A DNA stretch of 64,000 bases from an uncultured Nitrospiraceae bacterium (lineage in GTDB: Bacteria; Nitrospirota; Thermodesulfovibrionia; Thermodesulfovibrionales; UBA6898). Position numbers and translations under genes: made by a program. The DNA is taken from NCBI GenBank assembly GCA_963811165.1, contig CAWEQH010000008.1, positions 192,001 to 256,000 on the forward strand, given 5' to 3'. The notes below the pieces were generated by a model. It was not told the DNA's origin and searched no databases. It saw nothing but the letters and a program-made list of their open reading frames with translations. Of the stretch, positions 1-12,234 are shown one piece after another. Within the stretch, counting starts at the first letter, position 1, and every line of letters starts with the position of its first letter.

Positions 1-41
1 CTTTACAACAATTCCCAGTCAGACTATTATAATGAAATACA

Positions 42-1518
<1,477 letters not shown>

Positions 1519-1608
1519 AAAACCGTAGACATAATCAGCGCAGAACAAATCTCTCTTGGGAATTGTCTTTTTTTCTCATATAATTCTAAGTAAAGGGGAG
1601 GTGAGGAA

Positions 1609-2613
1609 ATGATTCTCATATTTAGAGTAGCCGTACTTTTTCTGTTTGGAGTTTCGGGCTATTTTTGGGGTCTGAGATACGGGTATGATAATTACGGGAT
1701 TATTCTGGCGGCATTGTTGGGCCTTATCACTATTTATTCGGACCAGATACTGAAGAAGGTAAATGTCGGCACCATCATCGGCGGAATTATCGGCATTGCA
1801 GCGGGGATACTCTTCGCGGAACTTTTCCTCGTTCCTATAAAGCTGTTAGTCAGAGAGGATGGAGAGGTGGTCTCATTTGCCCTTACGGCGGTCTTCGGTT
1901 ACGGAGGTCTCGTCATAGGGCTAAACAGGGGAAGGGGAATGACGATGCCGGAGATTTTTAGGCTCCTGAGGGGCAAGGGGTATGAAGAGAACCTCAAGAT
2001 CCTCGATACGAGCGTGATCATCGACGGCCGGATATCCGATGTCTGCGAGGCCGGTTTTCTGGAAGGTACCTTTATCGTCCCCCAGTTTATCCTGCAGGAG
2101 CTGCAATATATCGCCGATTCTCAGGATGCGACGAAGAGGGCACGCGGCAGGAGGGGGCTGGATGTCCTGCATAAAATCCAGAAGATGTCCAATATTACGG
2201 TAAAGATAATCGATGAAGACTTCCCCAAGATTAAAGAAGTCGATGCCAAGCTGGTCGCCCTTGGGAAGATGATGAGCGCGAAGATAATCACTAATGATTT
2301 CAACCTCAATAAAGTGGCCCAGCTCCAGGGAGTGGCTGTGCTTAATATCAATGAACTGGCAAATTCCCTGAAGCCCGTTGTACTGCCCGGAGAGACGATG
2401 CGGGTCTTTGTGTTGAAGGAAGGGAAGGAGTATAATCAGGGCGTGGCGTACCTCGACGACGGCACGATGGTGGTGGTCGAAAACGGCCGCAGGTTGATGG
2501 GGAAAAATATAGAGGTGACGGTGACCAGCGTTCTTCAGACGACGGCGGGGCGGATGATTTTTGCGAAGGCCAAAGAGGAATACGAGAAAGAGGAGGCAAA
2601 GACTGCGAGATAG
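1609..2613 (+). CDS. Membrane PIN/TRAM domain protein (YacL family)
   Basis: N-terminal TM helices, PIN motif [13 protein letters not shown]-terminal [18 protein letters not shown]; conserved position upstream of ispD. Confidence 0.92.
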   Translation: MILIFRVAVLFLFGVSGYFWGLRYGYDNYGIILAALLGLITIYSDQILKKVNVGTIIGGIIGIAAGILFAELFLVPIKLLVREDGEVVSFALTAVFGYGGLVIGLNRGRGMTMPEIFRLLRGKGYEENLKILDTSVIIDGRISDVCEAGFLEGTFIVPQFILQELQYIADSQDATKRARGRRGLDVLHKIQKMSNITVKIIDEDFPKIKEVDAKLVALGKMMSAKIITNDFNLNKVAQLQGVAVLNINELANSLKPVVLPGETMRVFVLKEGKEYNQGVAYLDDGTMVVVENGRRLMGKNIEVTVTSVLQTTAGRMIFAKAKEEYEKEEAKTAR

Positions 2614-2628
2614 GAGGAGCGCCCTCGG

Positions 2629-3327
2629 ATGAATGAGAAAATCACCGCGGTCATACCCGCTGCGGGGCTTGGCAGGAGGTTCGGAGACGGAGCGAACAAG
2701 CAGTTTTTGATGCTTGGCGGCAAGCCGCTCTTAATTTGGGCCATTCAGGCACTTGAGGGGTTGCCCGATATATACGAAATCATCCCGGTCCTTAAAGACG
2801 GGGACATGGAATCAGGGATCAGGATGATCGAGGAATACGGGATCAAGAAGGTGAGGCGCATAGCTCCCGGGGGGAAAGAGAGGCAGGACTCGGTCTTTCA
2901 CGGCCTCAAAATCGTAAGCAATAAAGAAGGAATTGTGATTGTGCACGACGCCGTCAGACCCCTTATAGAGCCCTCTTTAGTCGCACACGCGATAACCCAG
3001 TTGAAGGACTGTGAGGGTGTTGTCGTTGGGGTCCCCGTAAAAGACACGATCAAGGAAGTTGAAGAGGGAGAGGTAAAACGTACGTTGAGGAGGGACGGGC
3101 TCTGGTCGGTGCAAACCCCGCAGGTATTTCGTTATGAGACGATCTATGAGGCCTATGACAGGGCCGTTAAGGAGTCTTTCTACGCGACAGACGATTCGGC
3201 GCTTGTCGAGAAATACGGCGGCAGGGTACGGATGGTGATGGGTTCCTACAAAAATATCAAGATCACTACGCCGGAAGATATGAAGATGGCCGAGTTGTTC
3301 CTCGAAATGAGAGAGATCAAGGCATGA
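2629..3327 (+). CDS. ispD: 2-C-methyl-D-erythritol 4-phosphate cytidylyltransferase
   Basis: PAAGLGRRFG, GGKERQDSV, VHDAVRP, QTPQVF and KITTPED motifs. Confidence 0.96.
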   Translation: MNEKITAVIPAAGLGRRFGDGANKQFLMLGGKPLLIWAIQALEGLPDIYEIIPVLKDGDMESGIRMIEEYGIKKVRRIAPGGKERQDSVFHGLKIVSNKEGIVIVHDAVRPLIEPSLVAHAITQLKDCEGVVVGVPVKDTIKEVEEGEVKRTLRRDGLWSVQTPQVFRYETIYEAYDRAVKESFYATDDSALVEKYGGRVRMVMGSYKNIKITTPEDMKMAELFLEMREIKA

Positions 3328-3794
3328 GGATCGGTTTCGGATACGATTCTCACCGGTTTGTCGAAGGACGAAAGCTTATTATAGGCGGGGTCGAAATCCC
3401 GCATGAAAAAGGCCTGGGAGGACATTCCGATGCGGATGTGCTCTGCCATGCGATCGCCGACGCGGTCTTAGGAGCGGTCGGTCTCGGTGATATCGGGACG
3501 CATTTCCCTGATACCGACGAGAAATGGAAGGACGCGGTAAGCGTCGAACTTCTTAAGTATATCGTTGATCTTGCGAGGATGAACGGTTTCCAGGTAGTCT
3601 GGGTGGACTCGACGATCATCGCGGAACGACCGAGACTTTCTCCGTATGTTTCAGAGATGAAAGAGGTGCTTTCCAGTACCGGCATTCCCTCAGGGGTCAT
3701 AAACATCAAGGCCAAGACGAACGAGGGGATGGGGTTTATAGGGCGCGGCGAGGGGATCGCCGCGTACGCGGTATGTCTGCTCGGCAAGGTGTAA
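3324..3794 (+). CDS. ispF: 2-C-methyl-D-erythritol 2,4-cyclodiphosphate synthase
   Basis: MRIGFGYDSH, GHSDADVLCHA and GDIGTHFPD motifs; ATGA overlap with ispD. Confidence 0.96.
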   Translation: MRIGFGYDSHRFVEGRKLIIGGVEIPHEKGLGGHSDADVLCHAIADAVLGAVGLGDIGTHFPDTDEKWKDAVSVELLKYIVDLARMNGFQVVWVDSTIIAERPRLSPYVSEMKEVLSSTGIPSGVINIKAKTNEGMGFIGRGEGIAAYAVCLLGKV

Positions 3795-3973
3795 TCCCGG
3801 TGTTGTTTTTCACCCCTTGAGGCCCGGGTCTCTCACGGGAGCGGCGGTCGATTATTGTCGACAATGCCGGGGCGGGGCCTCCATGTAAAAGCTACGCGGC
3901 GGGTTCCTCAGAGGGCGCCTTTTATCGGGTCGAACTCCGGCCATAATCGGCGAAGATCCGGGGATATCAGAAG

Positions 3974-4732
3974 TTAGAGGTAGATCATCTTTTTTGTCAT
4001 ACCGCCGTCGACCACAAAGTTGGCGCCTGTAATAAATGATGCCTCATCAGAGGCCAGATATACTACTATTGATGCGACATCTTCAGGTTTACCGACTCTT
4101 CCTGCAGGATGCTGTGTATGGTCGGCCTCGGTGAGTTTCGGCTCCAGTCTTGTGCTTTTCTTTTTCCAGTTCGATACGTCGATCCATCCAGGACTGATAC
4201 AGTTTACCCGGACAGTTGGGCCGAGACTTACCGCAAGGGCGTGAGAGAGTGCGAATATGCCGCCCTTTGACGCAGAGTATGCCTCGGTATCGGCCTCGGA
4301 CATGAAGGCACGCGTTGAGGCAATATTGATTACCGATCCTTTACTTTCTTTAAGGTATGTGGCGAAGTGTTTCGTGCAAAGAAAAGCGCCGGTAAGGTTT
4401 ACCGAGATGACCCTGTTCCATTCTTCGATAGATAGGACCGTGACAGGCCTGCTGAGAAACACACCTGCGTTGTTTACGAGGAGATGCATGCGCTCGTAAT
4501 TTCTCCACGTCTCCTTCGCCACTCTCTTCACATCCTCCTCCTTTGATATGTCGGCGCGGAGGAAAATAATATCTCCAGGACATGCAAACTCTTTGATAGT
4601 TTCTTGCCCGGCTTCTTCATCGATGTCCGTGATAACGACTCTCATCCCCTCTGAGATGAGCCTTCTTGCAACAGCTTTGCCTATCCCTTGAGCACCCCCG
4701 GTGATCACCGCCACCTTGCCCTTGAGAGCCAT
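3974..4732 (-). CDS. SDR family NAD(P)-dependent oxidoreductase
   Basis: TGGAQGIG, NNAG and YSASK motifs. Confidence 0.92.
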   Translation of the reverse strand: MALKGKVAVITGGAQGIGKAVARRLISEGMRVVITDIDEEAGQETIKEFACPGDIIFLRADISKEEDVKRVAKETWRNYERMHLLVNNAGVFLSRPVTVLSIEEWNRVISVNLTGAFLCTKHFATYLKESKGSVINIASTRAFMSEADTEAYSASKGGIFALSHALAVSLGPTVRVNCISPGWIDVSNWKKKSTRLEPKLTEADHTQHPAGRVGKPEDVASIVVYLASDEASFITGANFVVDGGMTKKMIYL

Positions 4733-4843
4733 TTCTTTATCTCCTTTCAGATTACGCAGTCCAGCCTGTAGTAAAGTGTACCAGCAAAAAAGGGTGGAGG
4801 GAATGCCCGCGGTAATTTGGGTTTGCGCCGAAGGTGAAAGGGA

Positions 4844-5269
4844 TTAGGAAAGAGAGGGCCGTTTGGGCCGCCGCTTTATTTCCTCGATAGCCTCTCTGAG
4901 GATGAGTGTTACATCAGGATTATCGTCGTTTAGCCCTCTTTCGAGAAAAGGGAGAACGGTCTCGTCAGCGATGATGCCCAGGATGTTCGAGACGTCTCCC
5001 CGTACAACCGGATTATCATGGTTAAGAAGCGGCAGCAAATGTGAGACGGCATCCCGCACGTAGTGCGCATCAAGGAGGCTGAGTTCTTCCATCAGCGCGG
5101 TTACGCCGATCCTTACCCTTACCCTTTCGTCTTGGATTAACTCCCCGACGAGGCCATAGAGTTTGTAGTCGTGTCTGAACATGTCGATGATGTTTTCGAG
5201 AAAGCCCTTTTCCATGTAGTCGGCTATCATCGTTACCAGGCCTGGGTCTATCTGGTGAGGTCCGCTCAT
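4844..5269 (-). CDS. HEAT-repeat protein
   Basis: Helical repeats DERVRVRIG and DNPVVRGDVSNILG. Confidence 0.7.
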   Translation of the reverse strand: MSGPHQIDPGLVTMIADYMEKGFLENIIDMFRHDYKLYGLVGELIQDERVRVRIGVTALMEELSLLDAHYVRDAVSHLLPLLNHDNPVVRGDVSNILGIIADETVLPFLERGLNDDNPDVTLILREAIEEIKRRPKRPSLS

Positions 5270-5351
5270 GGTTTTACTATACCATAGTCATGTACGCACG
5301 CCGGAAGGGAGAAGAAAACATCTTGCCCGATGAGGTACAATAGCCGCAGTC

Positions 5352-5768
5352 ATGGGCAAATGGATAAAAACCGACAGCGGACTTCCCGAGAAGGGCAAAA
5401 AGGTCCTCGTTTGGTGCGGCGAAGGCGTTGATCATTACGATATCGCTGCAGTCGACGAAGGCGGTACATGGACGGGCGTGCGTAATGGATCCATTCTCCC
5501 TGACTACTGGACTCATCTGCCGGAGCCTCCCTCTGAATCAAGAGATACTGTCCCGGCAGCCGGTATCGGAGGGGAAGTTATTGACGGCAGGTTAATGCTC
5601 GATATCGCGGAAGACAAAGAATCCATCGCTGAACTGATGCAGGGTTACATAAACGGCGACGAGGTTATTATAAACGGCGAACGCTATTTGGTGGCCGACA
5701 TAAAGAATGAGATCATCGGCGAAAAGGTAATTTCTGTTTTTTCCTTGAGGCGATCCGGGATACCGTAA
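5352..5768 (+). CDS. DUF551-like domain protein with a C-terminal extension
   Basis: N-terminal WIKTDSGLPE...VLV...YWTHLPEPP resembles the DUF551 signature. Confidence 0.6.
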   Translation: MGKWIKTDSGLPEKGKKVLVWCGEGVDHYDIAAVDEGGTWTGVRNGSILPDYWTHLPEPPSESRDTVPAAGIGGEVIDGRLMLDIAEDKESIAELMQGYINGDEVIINGERYLVADIKNEIIGEKVISVFSLRRSGIP

Positions 5769-5855
5769 ACACGCTTCAGACCCTCTCCCCTTCTGTTTCT
5801 CCCTTGATGCATCAAGCCGGTTTTTTATTGTATAATAATAACTTAGGTGGATTAT

Positions 5856-6528
5856 ATGGGGTTTTTCGGTAATATAAGGCGTGACTACAGGGCTGTCTTT
5901 GAGAGAGACCCGGCGGCACGTAACGGACTCGAAGTTTTTTTCGCGTACCCGGGTTTCCACGCTATATTCTGGCACAGGATCAACCACGTGCTTTGGAAAC
6001 TTGGGGTACCGGTTCATCCCCAGACTTTTTTCGCATATTGCACGTTTTCTGACCGGCATAGAAATACACCCTGCGGCTAAGATAGGCCCCGGTTTTTTTA
6101 TCGACCACGGTATGGGAGTTGTGATTGGCGAGACCGCGGAGGTCGGCGAGAACTGCCTTCTTTACCAGGGCGTTACCCTCGGCGGCACGGGCAAGGAAAA
6201 GGGGAAGCGCCATCCGACACTGAAAAACAACGTAGTTGTCGGAGCGGGAGCAAAGGTGCTTGGGGCTATTACGGTCGGGAATAATGTTATTATAGGTGCC
6301 AATTCCGTCATCTTAAAGCCGGTCCCCGACAACGCGATTTGCGTAGGTGTCCCGGGCAGGATTACGAGGAAAAAGATCGTCAGGATGACGACGGAGGACG
6401 GCATGGTCGAGGTGATGGATTATTTCCCCGACCCTGTTGTAGAAAAGCAGAAGGAACTCGAATCGCGCATCGATGAACTTACGAAGAGACTCGACAGCGT
6501 CGAAATGGCGATGGATAGAGGAGGACGG
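5856..6528 (+). CDS. cysE: Serine O-acetyltransferase; one frameshift near 6010; reads in frame into cysS with no stop
   Basis: [38 protein letters not shown] and KRHPTL motifs; SD AGGTGG before ATG 5856. Confidence 0.9.
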
Positions 6529-7983
6529 ATGAAGATCTATAACACCCTTACCGGCAAGAAGGAGGAATTCATGCCGGTGGAGCCGGGAAAGGTCGGGATG
6601 TACGCCTGCGGCGTCACGGTTTATGACCATTGCCACATCGGCCATGCGCGGTCCGCCGTGGTCTTCGACGTCATGCGGAGGTACATGATATACAAGGGGT
6701 ATCAGTTCAAATACGTGCGCAACTTTACCGACATCGACGATAAGATCATAAACAAGGCGAATAAGGAAGGGGTCACCTGGGACGCCATCGCGAGGAAATA
6801 TACGGATGAGTATTACAGGGACATGGACCGCCTCGGCATCGGAAGGGCAGACGTAGAGCCGAAGGCAACGGACCACATCAAAGAGATCATTGAGATGGTG
6901 AGCGGCCTTGTCGAAAAAGGATATGCCTATGAAATCGACGGCAGCATCTACTTCGAGGTATCGAAGTTTTCGGGCTACGGGAAACTATCAAAGAGGGACC
7001 TTGAAGATCTGATGGCCGGCGCCAGGGTTGAAGTGGACGAGCGAAAGAAAAACCCAATGGACTTTGCCCTCTGGAAGGCCTCGAAAGAAGGCGAGCCGGC
7101 ATGGGAGAGCCCCTGGGGGCCGGGCAGGCCCGGCTGGCACATTGAATGCTCGGCTATGTCCCGAAAGCATCTCGGCGAGACCTTGGACATACATGGGGGC
7201 GGGGCCGACCTCATCTTCCCTCACCACGAGAATGAGATAGCACAGTCGGAGGCGTATACCGGCAAGCCATTTGTCAGATACTGGGTCCATAACGGATTTA
7301 TCACGGTCGACAAGGAGAAGATGTCCAAATCCCTCGGCAACTTCTTTACCATCCAGGAAATACTGAATAAATTCGATGCCGAAGCGGTGAGGTTCTTTCT
7401 CCTTTCAACGCACTACAGAAGTCCTATCGAATTTTCAGACGAGCAATTGAGGGAGGCCGAGGCGTCTATAGACAGATATTATACGACGGTCCTGAGGATC
7501 AGGGAGTTCCTTTCACAGGACGGCGCAAAAGAAAAGGCGGCAGCTGATGAGAAGGCCCTCGATGACCTCCTTTCGAAATTCGTCGAAAAGTTCAAGGAAG
7601 CTATGGACGACGATTTCAATACCGCGCTTGCGATCGGCAACGTCTTCGAACTTATCAGAATGCTCAATAAGTATATGGACGGACGACCTTCCGGAAGCAA
7701 GGCCAACGGACTTATTCAGAAGGCGGCTGACTTTCTGAAGGAGACGGGTAACGTCCTGAACATCTTCACACGTACCCCCGAGGAATGGTACAAGGCCCTT
7801 ATGGACGTCAAGAACATAGGGCTCACCGAGGCGGACATCCTCATTAGGATAAACGAGCGGAAAGAGGCGAGGGAGAGAAAAGATTGGGCAGGGGCGGACA
7901 AGATAAGGAAAGAACTCGAAGAGAAGGGGATTTTACTTGAAGACAGGAAAGACGGGACAGGGTGGAAGATCAAGATCGCATGA
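6529..7983 (+). CDS. cysS: Cysteine--tRNA ligase
   Basis: MKIYNTLT start, [23 protein letters not shown] and KMSKS motifs; SD AGAGGAGG upstream of ATG 6529. Confidence 0.96.
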   Translation: MKIYNTLTGKKEEFMPVEPGKVGMYACGVTVYDHCHIGHARSAVVFDVMRRYMIYKGYQFKYVRNFTDIDDKIINKANKEGVTWDAIARKYTDEYYRDMDRLGIGRADVEPKATDHIKEIIEMVSGLVEKGYAYEIDGSIYFEVSKFSGYGKLSKRDLEDLMAGARVEVDERKKNPMDFALWKASKEGEPAWESPWGPGRPGWHIECSAMSRKHLGETLDIHGGGADLIFPHHENEIAQSEAYTGKPFVRYWVHNGFITVDKEKMSKSLGNFFTIQEILNKFDAEAVRFFLLSTHYRSPIEFSDEQLREAEASIDRYYTTVLRIREFLSQDGAKEKAAADEKALDDLLSKFVEKFKEAMDDDFNTALAIGNVFELIRMLNKYMDGRPSGSKANGLIQKAADFLKETGNVLNIFTRTPEEWYKALMDVKNIGLTEADILIRINERKEARERKDWAGADKIRKELEEKGILLEDRKDGTGWKIKIA

Positions 7984-8713
7984 TGAATGGGTCTACGGGC
8001 TTAACCCTGTCCTTGAAGCGATAAAGTCGGGCCGTCAGGTCAAAACGGTATTCCTGTCCGTGTCCCGTAGAGAGGGGATCGCCGGCATAGAGCGCGAAAT
8101 TGCCTCTAGGGGGATAACGCTGAAGAAGGCCGACCAGTTTTTTTTCGACAGCAGGTTCCCAAAAGGACATCAGGGTATTGCCGCGGTCGTTGCCCCCAGG
8201 GAATATGCCGATTTAGAGGAACTGCTCATGATACCTTCTTCGAAAAATGAGACTCCTTTTTTCCTTATCCTGGACTGTATAGAGGACCCGAGGAATTTCG
8301 GGGCGATCTTAAGGACGGCTGACGCAGGGGGGGTCCATGGCGTTGTTATCCAGTCTCACAGGTCCGCAACGCTGGTCCCTGAGGCGGTAAAGGCCTCGGC
8401 CGGGGCTGCCGAATACATACCCGTAGCGATGGTGGCGAATATTAAGCATGTGATAGCGGACATGAAAGGAGAGGGAGTTTTGGTTGTGGGTGCAGAGGCT
8501 GGTACGGGCAGGACAATATGGGACCTCGACCTGAGTGTTCCTTTGGCGCTCGTGGTGGGGTCTGAAGGCAAGGGTCTGAGAAAAACAGTAAAAGAGGACT
8601 GTGATGTGCTCGTAAGTCTCCCCATGAAAGGCAGGGTTAATTCCCTCAATGTGTCTGTTGCGGCTGCTATTATGATTTATGAGATAATTCATCAAAGAAT
8701 AAGCAAAATGTAG
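7937..8713 (+). CDS. rlmB: 23S rRNA Gm2251 methyltransferase RlmB (start uncertain)
   Basis: [28 protein letters not shown] and SLNVSVA SpoU motifs. Confidence 0.93.
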   Translation: MKTGKTGQGGRSRSHDEWVYGLNPVLEAIKSGRQVKTVFLSVSRREGIAGIEREIASRGITLKKADQFFFDSRFPKGHQGIAAVVAPREYADLEELLMIPSSKNETPFFLILDCIEDPRNFGAILRTADAGGVHGVVIQSHRSATLVPEAVKASAGAAEYIPVAMVANIKHVIADMKGEGVLVVGAEAGTGRTIWDLDLSVPLALVVGSEGKGLRKTVKEDCDVLVSLPMKGRVNSLNVSVAAAIMIYEIIHQRISKM

Positions 8714-8841
8714 GTTTTTCGAGAAATAATAATTTTTCCGAAGGTAGACCTTGTTTTTTTGCTGTTGACCGCGGTATAATATTTTCTTTATATTATTTAG
8801 TTCTAAAAGGTCTATGGAGTACTGTTGTCTTTTTGAGGAAC

Positions 8842-8917
8842 GCCACCGTAGCTCAGTTGGTAGAGCAGTTGATTTGTAATCACAGGGTCGGGGGTTCGAA
8901 TCCCTTCGGTGGCTCCA
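8842..8917 (+). tRNA. tRNA-Thr(TGT)
   Basis: Cloverleaf GCCACCG...CGGTGGC-TCCA, anticodon loop TT-TGT-AA, T-loop TTCGAAT. The anticodon stem has two mismatches, probably a read error. Confidence 0.88.
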
Positions 8918-9007
8918 CGGAGAGTGATGGGTGTCGGCGCACAGTGTCAGCAAAATGTCCGATCTTGATCGTTGACATAAGACACTAATCACTGACACGT
9001 TGGATAC

Positions 9008-9092
9008 GGAGAGGTACCCGAGTGGCCAAAGGGGACGGGCTGTAAACCCGTTGGCGTAGCCTACGGAGGTTCAAATCCTCCCCTCTCCACCA
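9008..9092 (+). tRNA. tRNA-Tyr(GTA)
   Basis: GGAGAGG...CCTCTCC-ACCA, anticodon CT-GTA-AA, long variable arm. Confidence 0.96.
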
Positions 9093-9207
9093 TGAAAGAT
9101 TAGAGGCAAATTTTTCAGTTGGGAGCAATGGGCGCCTGGCAAATGAGGAAAAAGCAGATTCTTTAAGACTCATTGCTCGTGCCGGGAACTCATGGCTTAA
9201 AGTGAAT

Positions 9208-9282
9208 GCGGGAGTAGCTCAGTGGTAGAGCGTCAGCCTTCCAAGCTGAGGGTCGCGGGTTCGAATCCCGTTTCCCGCTCCA
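9208..9282 (+). tRNA. tRNA-Gly(TCC)
   Basis: GCGGGAG...TTCCCGC-TCCA, anticodon CT-TCC-AA. Confidence 0.96.
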
Positions 9283-9343
9283 TAAAACAGAAATGATCAG
9301 CGAGTTAAGGCGAGAGTTATCAGACTGACTGCTGTTTTTAGAT

Positions 9344-9419
9344 GCCCATGTAGCTCAGTCGGCAGAGCACATCCTTGGTAAGGATGAGGTCACCAGTTCG
9401 ATTCTGGTCATGGGCTCCA
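9344..9419 (+). tRNA. tRNA-Thr(GGT)
   Basis: GCCCATG...CATGGGC-TCCA, anticodon TT-GGT-AA; classic Thr-Tyr-Gly-Thr-tuf arrangement. Confidence 0.96.
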
Positions 9420-9505
9420 TGAAAGGCGTAGAGACAACATGTATATTGTTTATTTTTGGAAACAGATTTATGGAGCTAAAGCTATGAATTTTTGTAGGAG
9501 GCAAG

Positions 9506-10705
9506 ATGGCAAAGGCAAAATTTGAGAGGACGAAACCTCATTGCAACGTAGGGACGATAGGGCACGTAGACCACGGCAAGACGACATTGACGGCTGCGAT
9601 AACGAAGGTGCTGGCGTTTACCGGTCAGGCGACGTACCGGGCGTATGATTCGATAGATAACGCACCTGAGGAGAAGGCCAGGGGTATAACGATTGCTACG
9701 GCGCACGTTGAGTACGAGACGGCCAACAGGCATTATGCGCACGTAGATTGTCCTGGACATGCGGACTATGTGAAGAACATGATCACCGGGGCGGCGCAGA
9801 TGGACGGGGCGATACTGGTGGTGAGTGCAGCAGACGGGCCGATGCCGCAGACGAGGGAGCATATACTTCTTGCAAGACAGGTAGGGGTACCGTACATAGT
9901 GGTGTACATGAACAAGACGGACATGGTGGACGACCCTGAACTATTGGATTTGGTGGAGCTTGAGGTGAGGGAGCTATTGTCTAAGTACCAGTTTCCTGGG
10001 GACAAGATACCGATCATAAAGGGCAGTGCGCTTAAGGCGATAGAGAGCACGTCTACGGACCCCAAGGCTGAGGAGTACAAGAGCATCCATGAGCTGATGG
10101 ATGCGGTGGACAGCTATGTACCAACGCCTGAGAGGCCTATAGACAAGCCGTTTTTGATGCCGATAGAGGACGTATTTTCGATCTCCGGCCGTGGGACGGT
10201 GGTGACGGGCAGGGTAGAGAGAGGCATAGTGAAGGTAGGCGAGGAAATGGAGATAGTGGGGTTAGGGGAGACGAGGAAGACGGTAGCGACTGGGGTAGAG
10301 ATGTTCCGGAAGCTGCTGGATGAAGGCAGGGCAGGGGACAACATCGGAGCGCTGTTAAGAGGAATAGGGAAGGACGACGTGGAGCGTGGACAAGTATTGG
10401 CGAAACCTGGTAGTATAACGCCTCATACGAAGTTCAAGTGCGAAGTATATATATTGACGAAGGAAGAGGGTGGCAGGCATACGCCGTTTTTCAAGGGGTA
10501 CCGGCCGCAGTTTTATTTCAGGACGACGGACGTTACAGGAGTGGCGCAGTTGCCCGATGGAGTTGAGATGGTGATGCCTGGGGACAACGTGAGCCTCTCG
10601 GTTGAGCTGATATCTCCGATAGCGATGGAGAAGGAACTGAGGTTTGCCATAAGAGAGGGCGGCCGCACCGTCGGAGCCGGAGTCGTTACCGAGGTGATAG
10701 CATGA
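9506..10705 (+). CDS. tuf: Elongation factor Tu
   Basis: [24 protein letters not shown] and NKTD motifs; intact 399 aa ORF. Confidence 0.99.
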   Translation: MAKAKFERTKPHCNVGTIGHVDHGKTTLTAAITKVLAFTGQATYRAYDSIDNAPEEKARGITIATAHVEYETANRHYAHVDCPGHADYVKNMITGAAQMDGAILVVSAADGPMPQTREHILLARQVGVPYIVVYMNKTDMVDDPELLDLVELEVRELLSKYQFPGDKIPIIKGSALKAIESTSTDPKAEEYKSIHELMDAVDSYVPTPERPIDKPFLMPIEDVFSISGRGTVVTGRVERGIVKVGEEMEIVGLGETRKTVATGVEMFRKLLDEGRAGDNIGALLRGIGKDDVERGQVLAKPGSITPHTKFKCEVYILTKEEGGRHTPFFKGYRPQFYFRTTDVTGVAQLPDGVEMVMPGDNVSLSVELISPIAMEKELRFAIREGGRTVGAGVVTEVIA

Positions 10706-10855
10706 GAGATATATTCCTTTTTCAGTGCACCGAGTGCAAGAGACAAGAACTATTCGACCATGAAAAACAAAAAGAATACAACTGACAAGCTCCAGAGGAA
10801 GAAGTTCTGCAGGCAGTGCGGGAAGCACACAATGCATAAAGAGACAAAGGCATAA
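10702..10855 (+). CDS. rpmG: 50S ribosomal protein L33 (Zn-binding form; one +1 indel near 10741)
   Basis: Manual translation [13 protein letters not shown] / [41 protein letters not shown] overlap with tuf. Confidence 0.9.
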
Positions 10856-10941
10856 TAGAGTGAACGGTGAAAGCGTTGTCAGTGGACGGTAATGGATTTT
10901 CTGTTATTCACCATTCGCTATTGACTATTTACTTAACTTGT

Positions 10942-11018
10942 AGGCCAGTAGCTCTAACGGCTAGAGCATCGGACTCCAAATCCGAGGGATGGGGGTTCAA
11001 ATCCCTCCTGGCCTGCCA
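10942..11018 (+). tRNA. tRNA-Trp(CCA)
   Basis: AGGCCAG...CTGGCCT-GCCA, anticodon CT-CCA-AA; usual position between rpmG and secE. Confidence 0.95.
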
Positions 11019-11037
11019 TATGAACGAGGACGGATGA

Positions 11038-11223
11038 ATGATAGAGAAGATTAAACAGTTTTTCAGGGAAGTCAAAATTGAGACCAACAAGGTTGTGTAT
11101 CCGAACAGGGAAGAGCTGATAGGCTCCACATGGGTAGTGATCATTACGGTAGTCGTCGTGTCCGTTTTCCTCGGGATAGTAGACCTCGGGCTTACGAAGC
11201 TGATCGGGCTGGCGATAAGGTAG
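11038..11223 (+). CDS. secE: Preprotein translocase subunit SecE
   Basis: FFREVKIETNKVVYPNREE followed by one TM helix. Confidence 0.95.
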   Translation: MIEKIKQFFREVKIETNKVVYPNREELIGSTWVVIITVVVVSVFLGIVDLGLTKLIGLAIR

Positions 11224-11227
11224 GATG

Positions 11228-11754
11228 ATGGGAAAAAACTGGTATGTAGTTCATACGTACTCCGGGTTCGAAGAGAAGGTGAGGCTTTCCATCGAGGAAA
11301 AGATCGAAGCCTTGGGCTTGCAGGAGAAGATATTGAAAGTACTTATACCGACCGAGAGGGTTGTGGAACTAAGGGCCGGCAAGAAGAAAGAAAGCGATAA
11401 GAAGTTCTATCCGGGATACATTCTTGTTGAAATGGAGCTTGATGACGAGACATGGCATCTCATAAAAAATATTCCGAGGGTGACCGGTTTTGTCGGCGGG
11501 AAGAAGCCTGTTCCGATACCCGAGGAAGAGGTCGAGATTATCATGCAGCAGGTTGAGAAAGGGCCCCGTTCCTCAGGTCAAGACCCAGTTCCAGAAAGGT
11601 GACAGCGTCAGGATTGTCGACGGTCCCTTCAGCAATTTTAACGGTTTTGTCGAGGATGTGGACATGGACCATGGCCGGCTTCGTGTTATGGTCAGCATAT
11701 TCGGCAGGCAATACGCCGGTTGAGCTCAATTTTTTCCAGGTGGAAAAGAATTAA
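11228..11754 (+). CDS. nusG: Transcription factor NusG (frameshifted)
   Basis: WYVVHTYSGFE and FYPGYILVEM motifs, KOW GDSVRIVDGPF, C-terminal TPVELNFFQVEKN; spread over three frames. Confidence 0.95.
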
Positions 11755-11792
11755 CTTTCAGTAGTTTGAAATAAGGCAGGAGGAAAAGTAAA

Positions 11793-12221
11793 ATGGCTAA
11801 AAAACAGATGACGCCCAGGTAAAACTTCAGATAGCCGCAGGGAAGGCAACCCCTGCGCCCCCGGTGGGCCCGGCGCTTGGTCCCCACGGGGTCAATATCA
11901 TGGAGTTCTGCAAGGCATTCAATGCGCAGACCCAGGCACTTGGGGACACGATCATCCCGATAGTGATGACTATATATGCCGACAGGTCATTTACATTCAT
12001 TACCAAGACCCCGCCGGCATCGGAACTGCTCAAGAAAGCGGCGGGAGTAATAAAGGGTTCAAGCGTTCCAAACAAGGACAAGGTGGGAAAGATCTACAAC
12101 GGCGCAAGTCAAGGAGATGGCGCAGACAAAGCTTCCTGACCTCAACGCATACTCTATAGATGAGGCTATGAAGATCATCGCCGGCACCGCCAGGAGCATG
12201 GGCGTTGAGATAGTGGATTAA
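11793..12221 (+). CDS. rplK: 50S ribosomal protein L11 (frameshifted)
   Basis: [29 protein letters not shown] and [12 protein letters not shown] motifs. Confidence 0.95.
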
Positions 12222-12234
12222 GACGGAGGCAAAG

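Noticed and set aside
3795..3973. GC-rich spacer with palindrome ATTGTCGACAAT (3854-3865) as an ncRNA or mobile-element end
   Set aside because: Single copy between convergent genes, with no recognisable RNA family motif, terminal repeat or transposase.
8842..8917. tRNA-Thr(TGT) with a mismatched anticodon stem as a pseudo-tRNA or edited tRNA
   Set aside because: TCACAGGGTC versus the expected TCAACAGGTC is explained by compensating single-base indels, typical of this sequence.
9093..10941. Long imperfect hairpins in tRNA spacers (about 9123-9178 and 10860-10918)
   Set aside because: Typical of precursor-processing stems in tRNA operons; they are not repeated and show no independent RNA signature.
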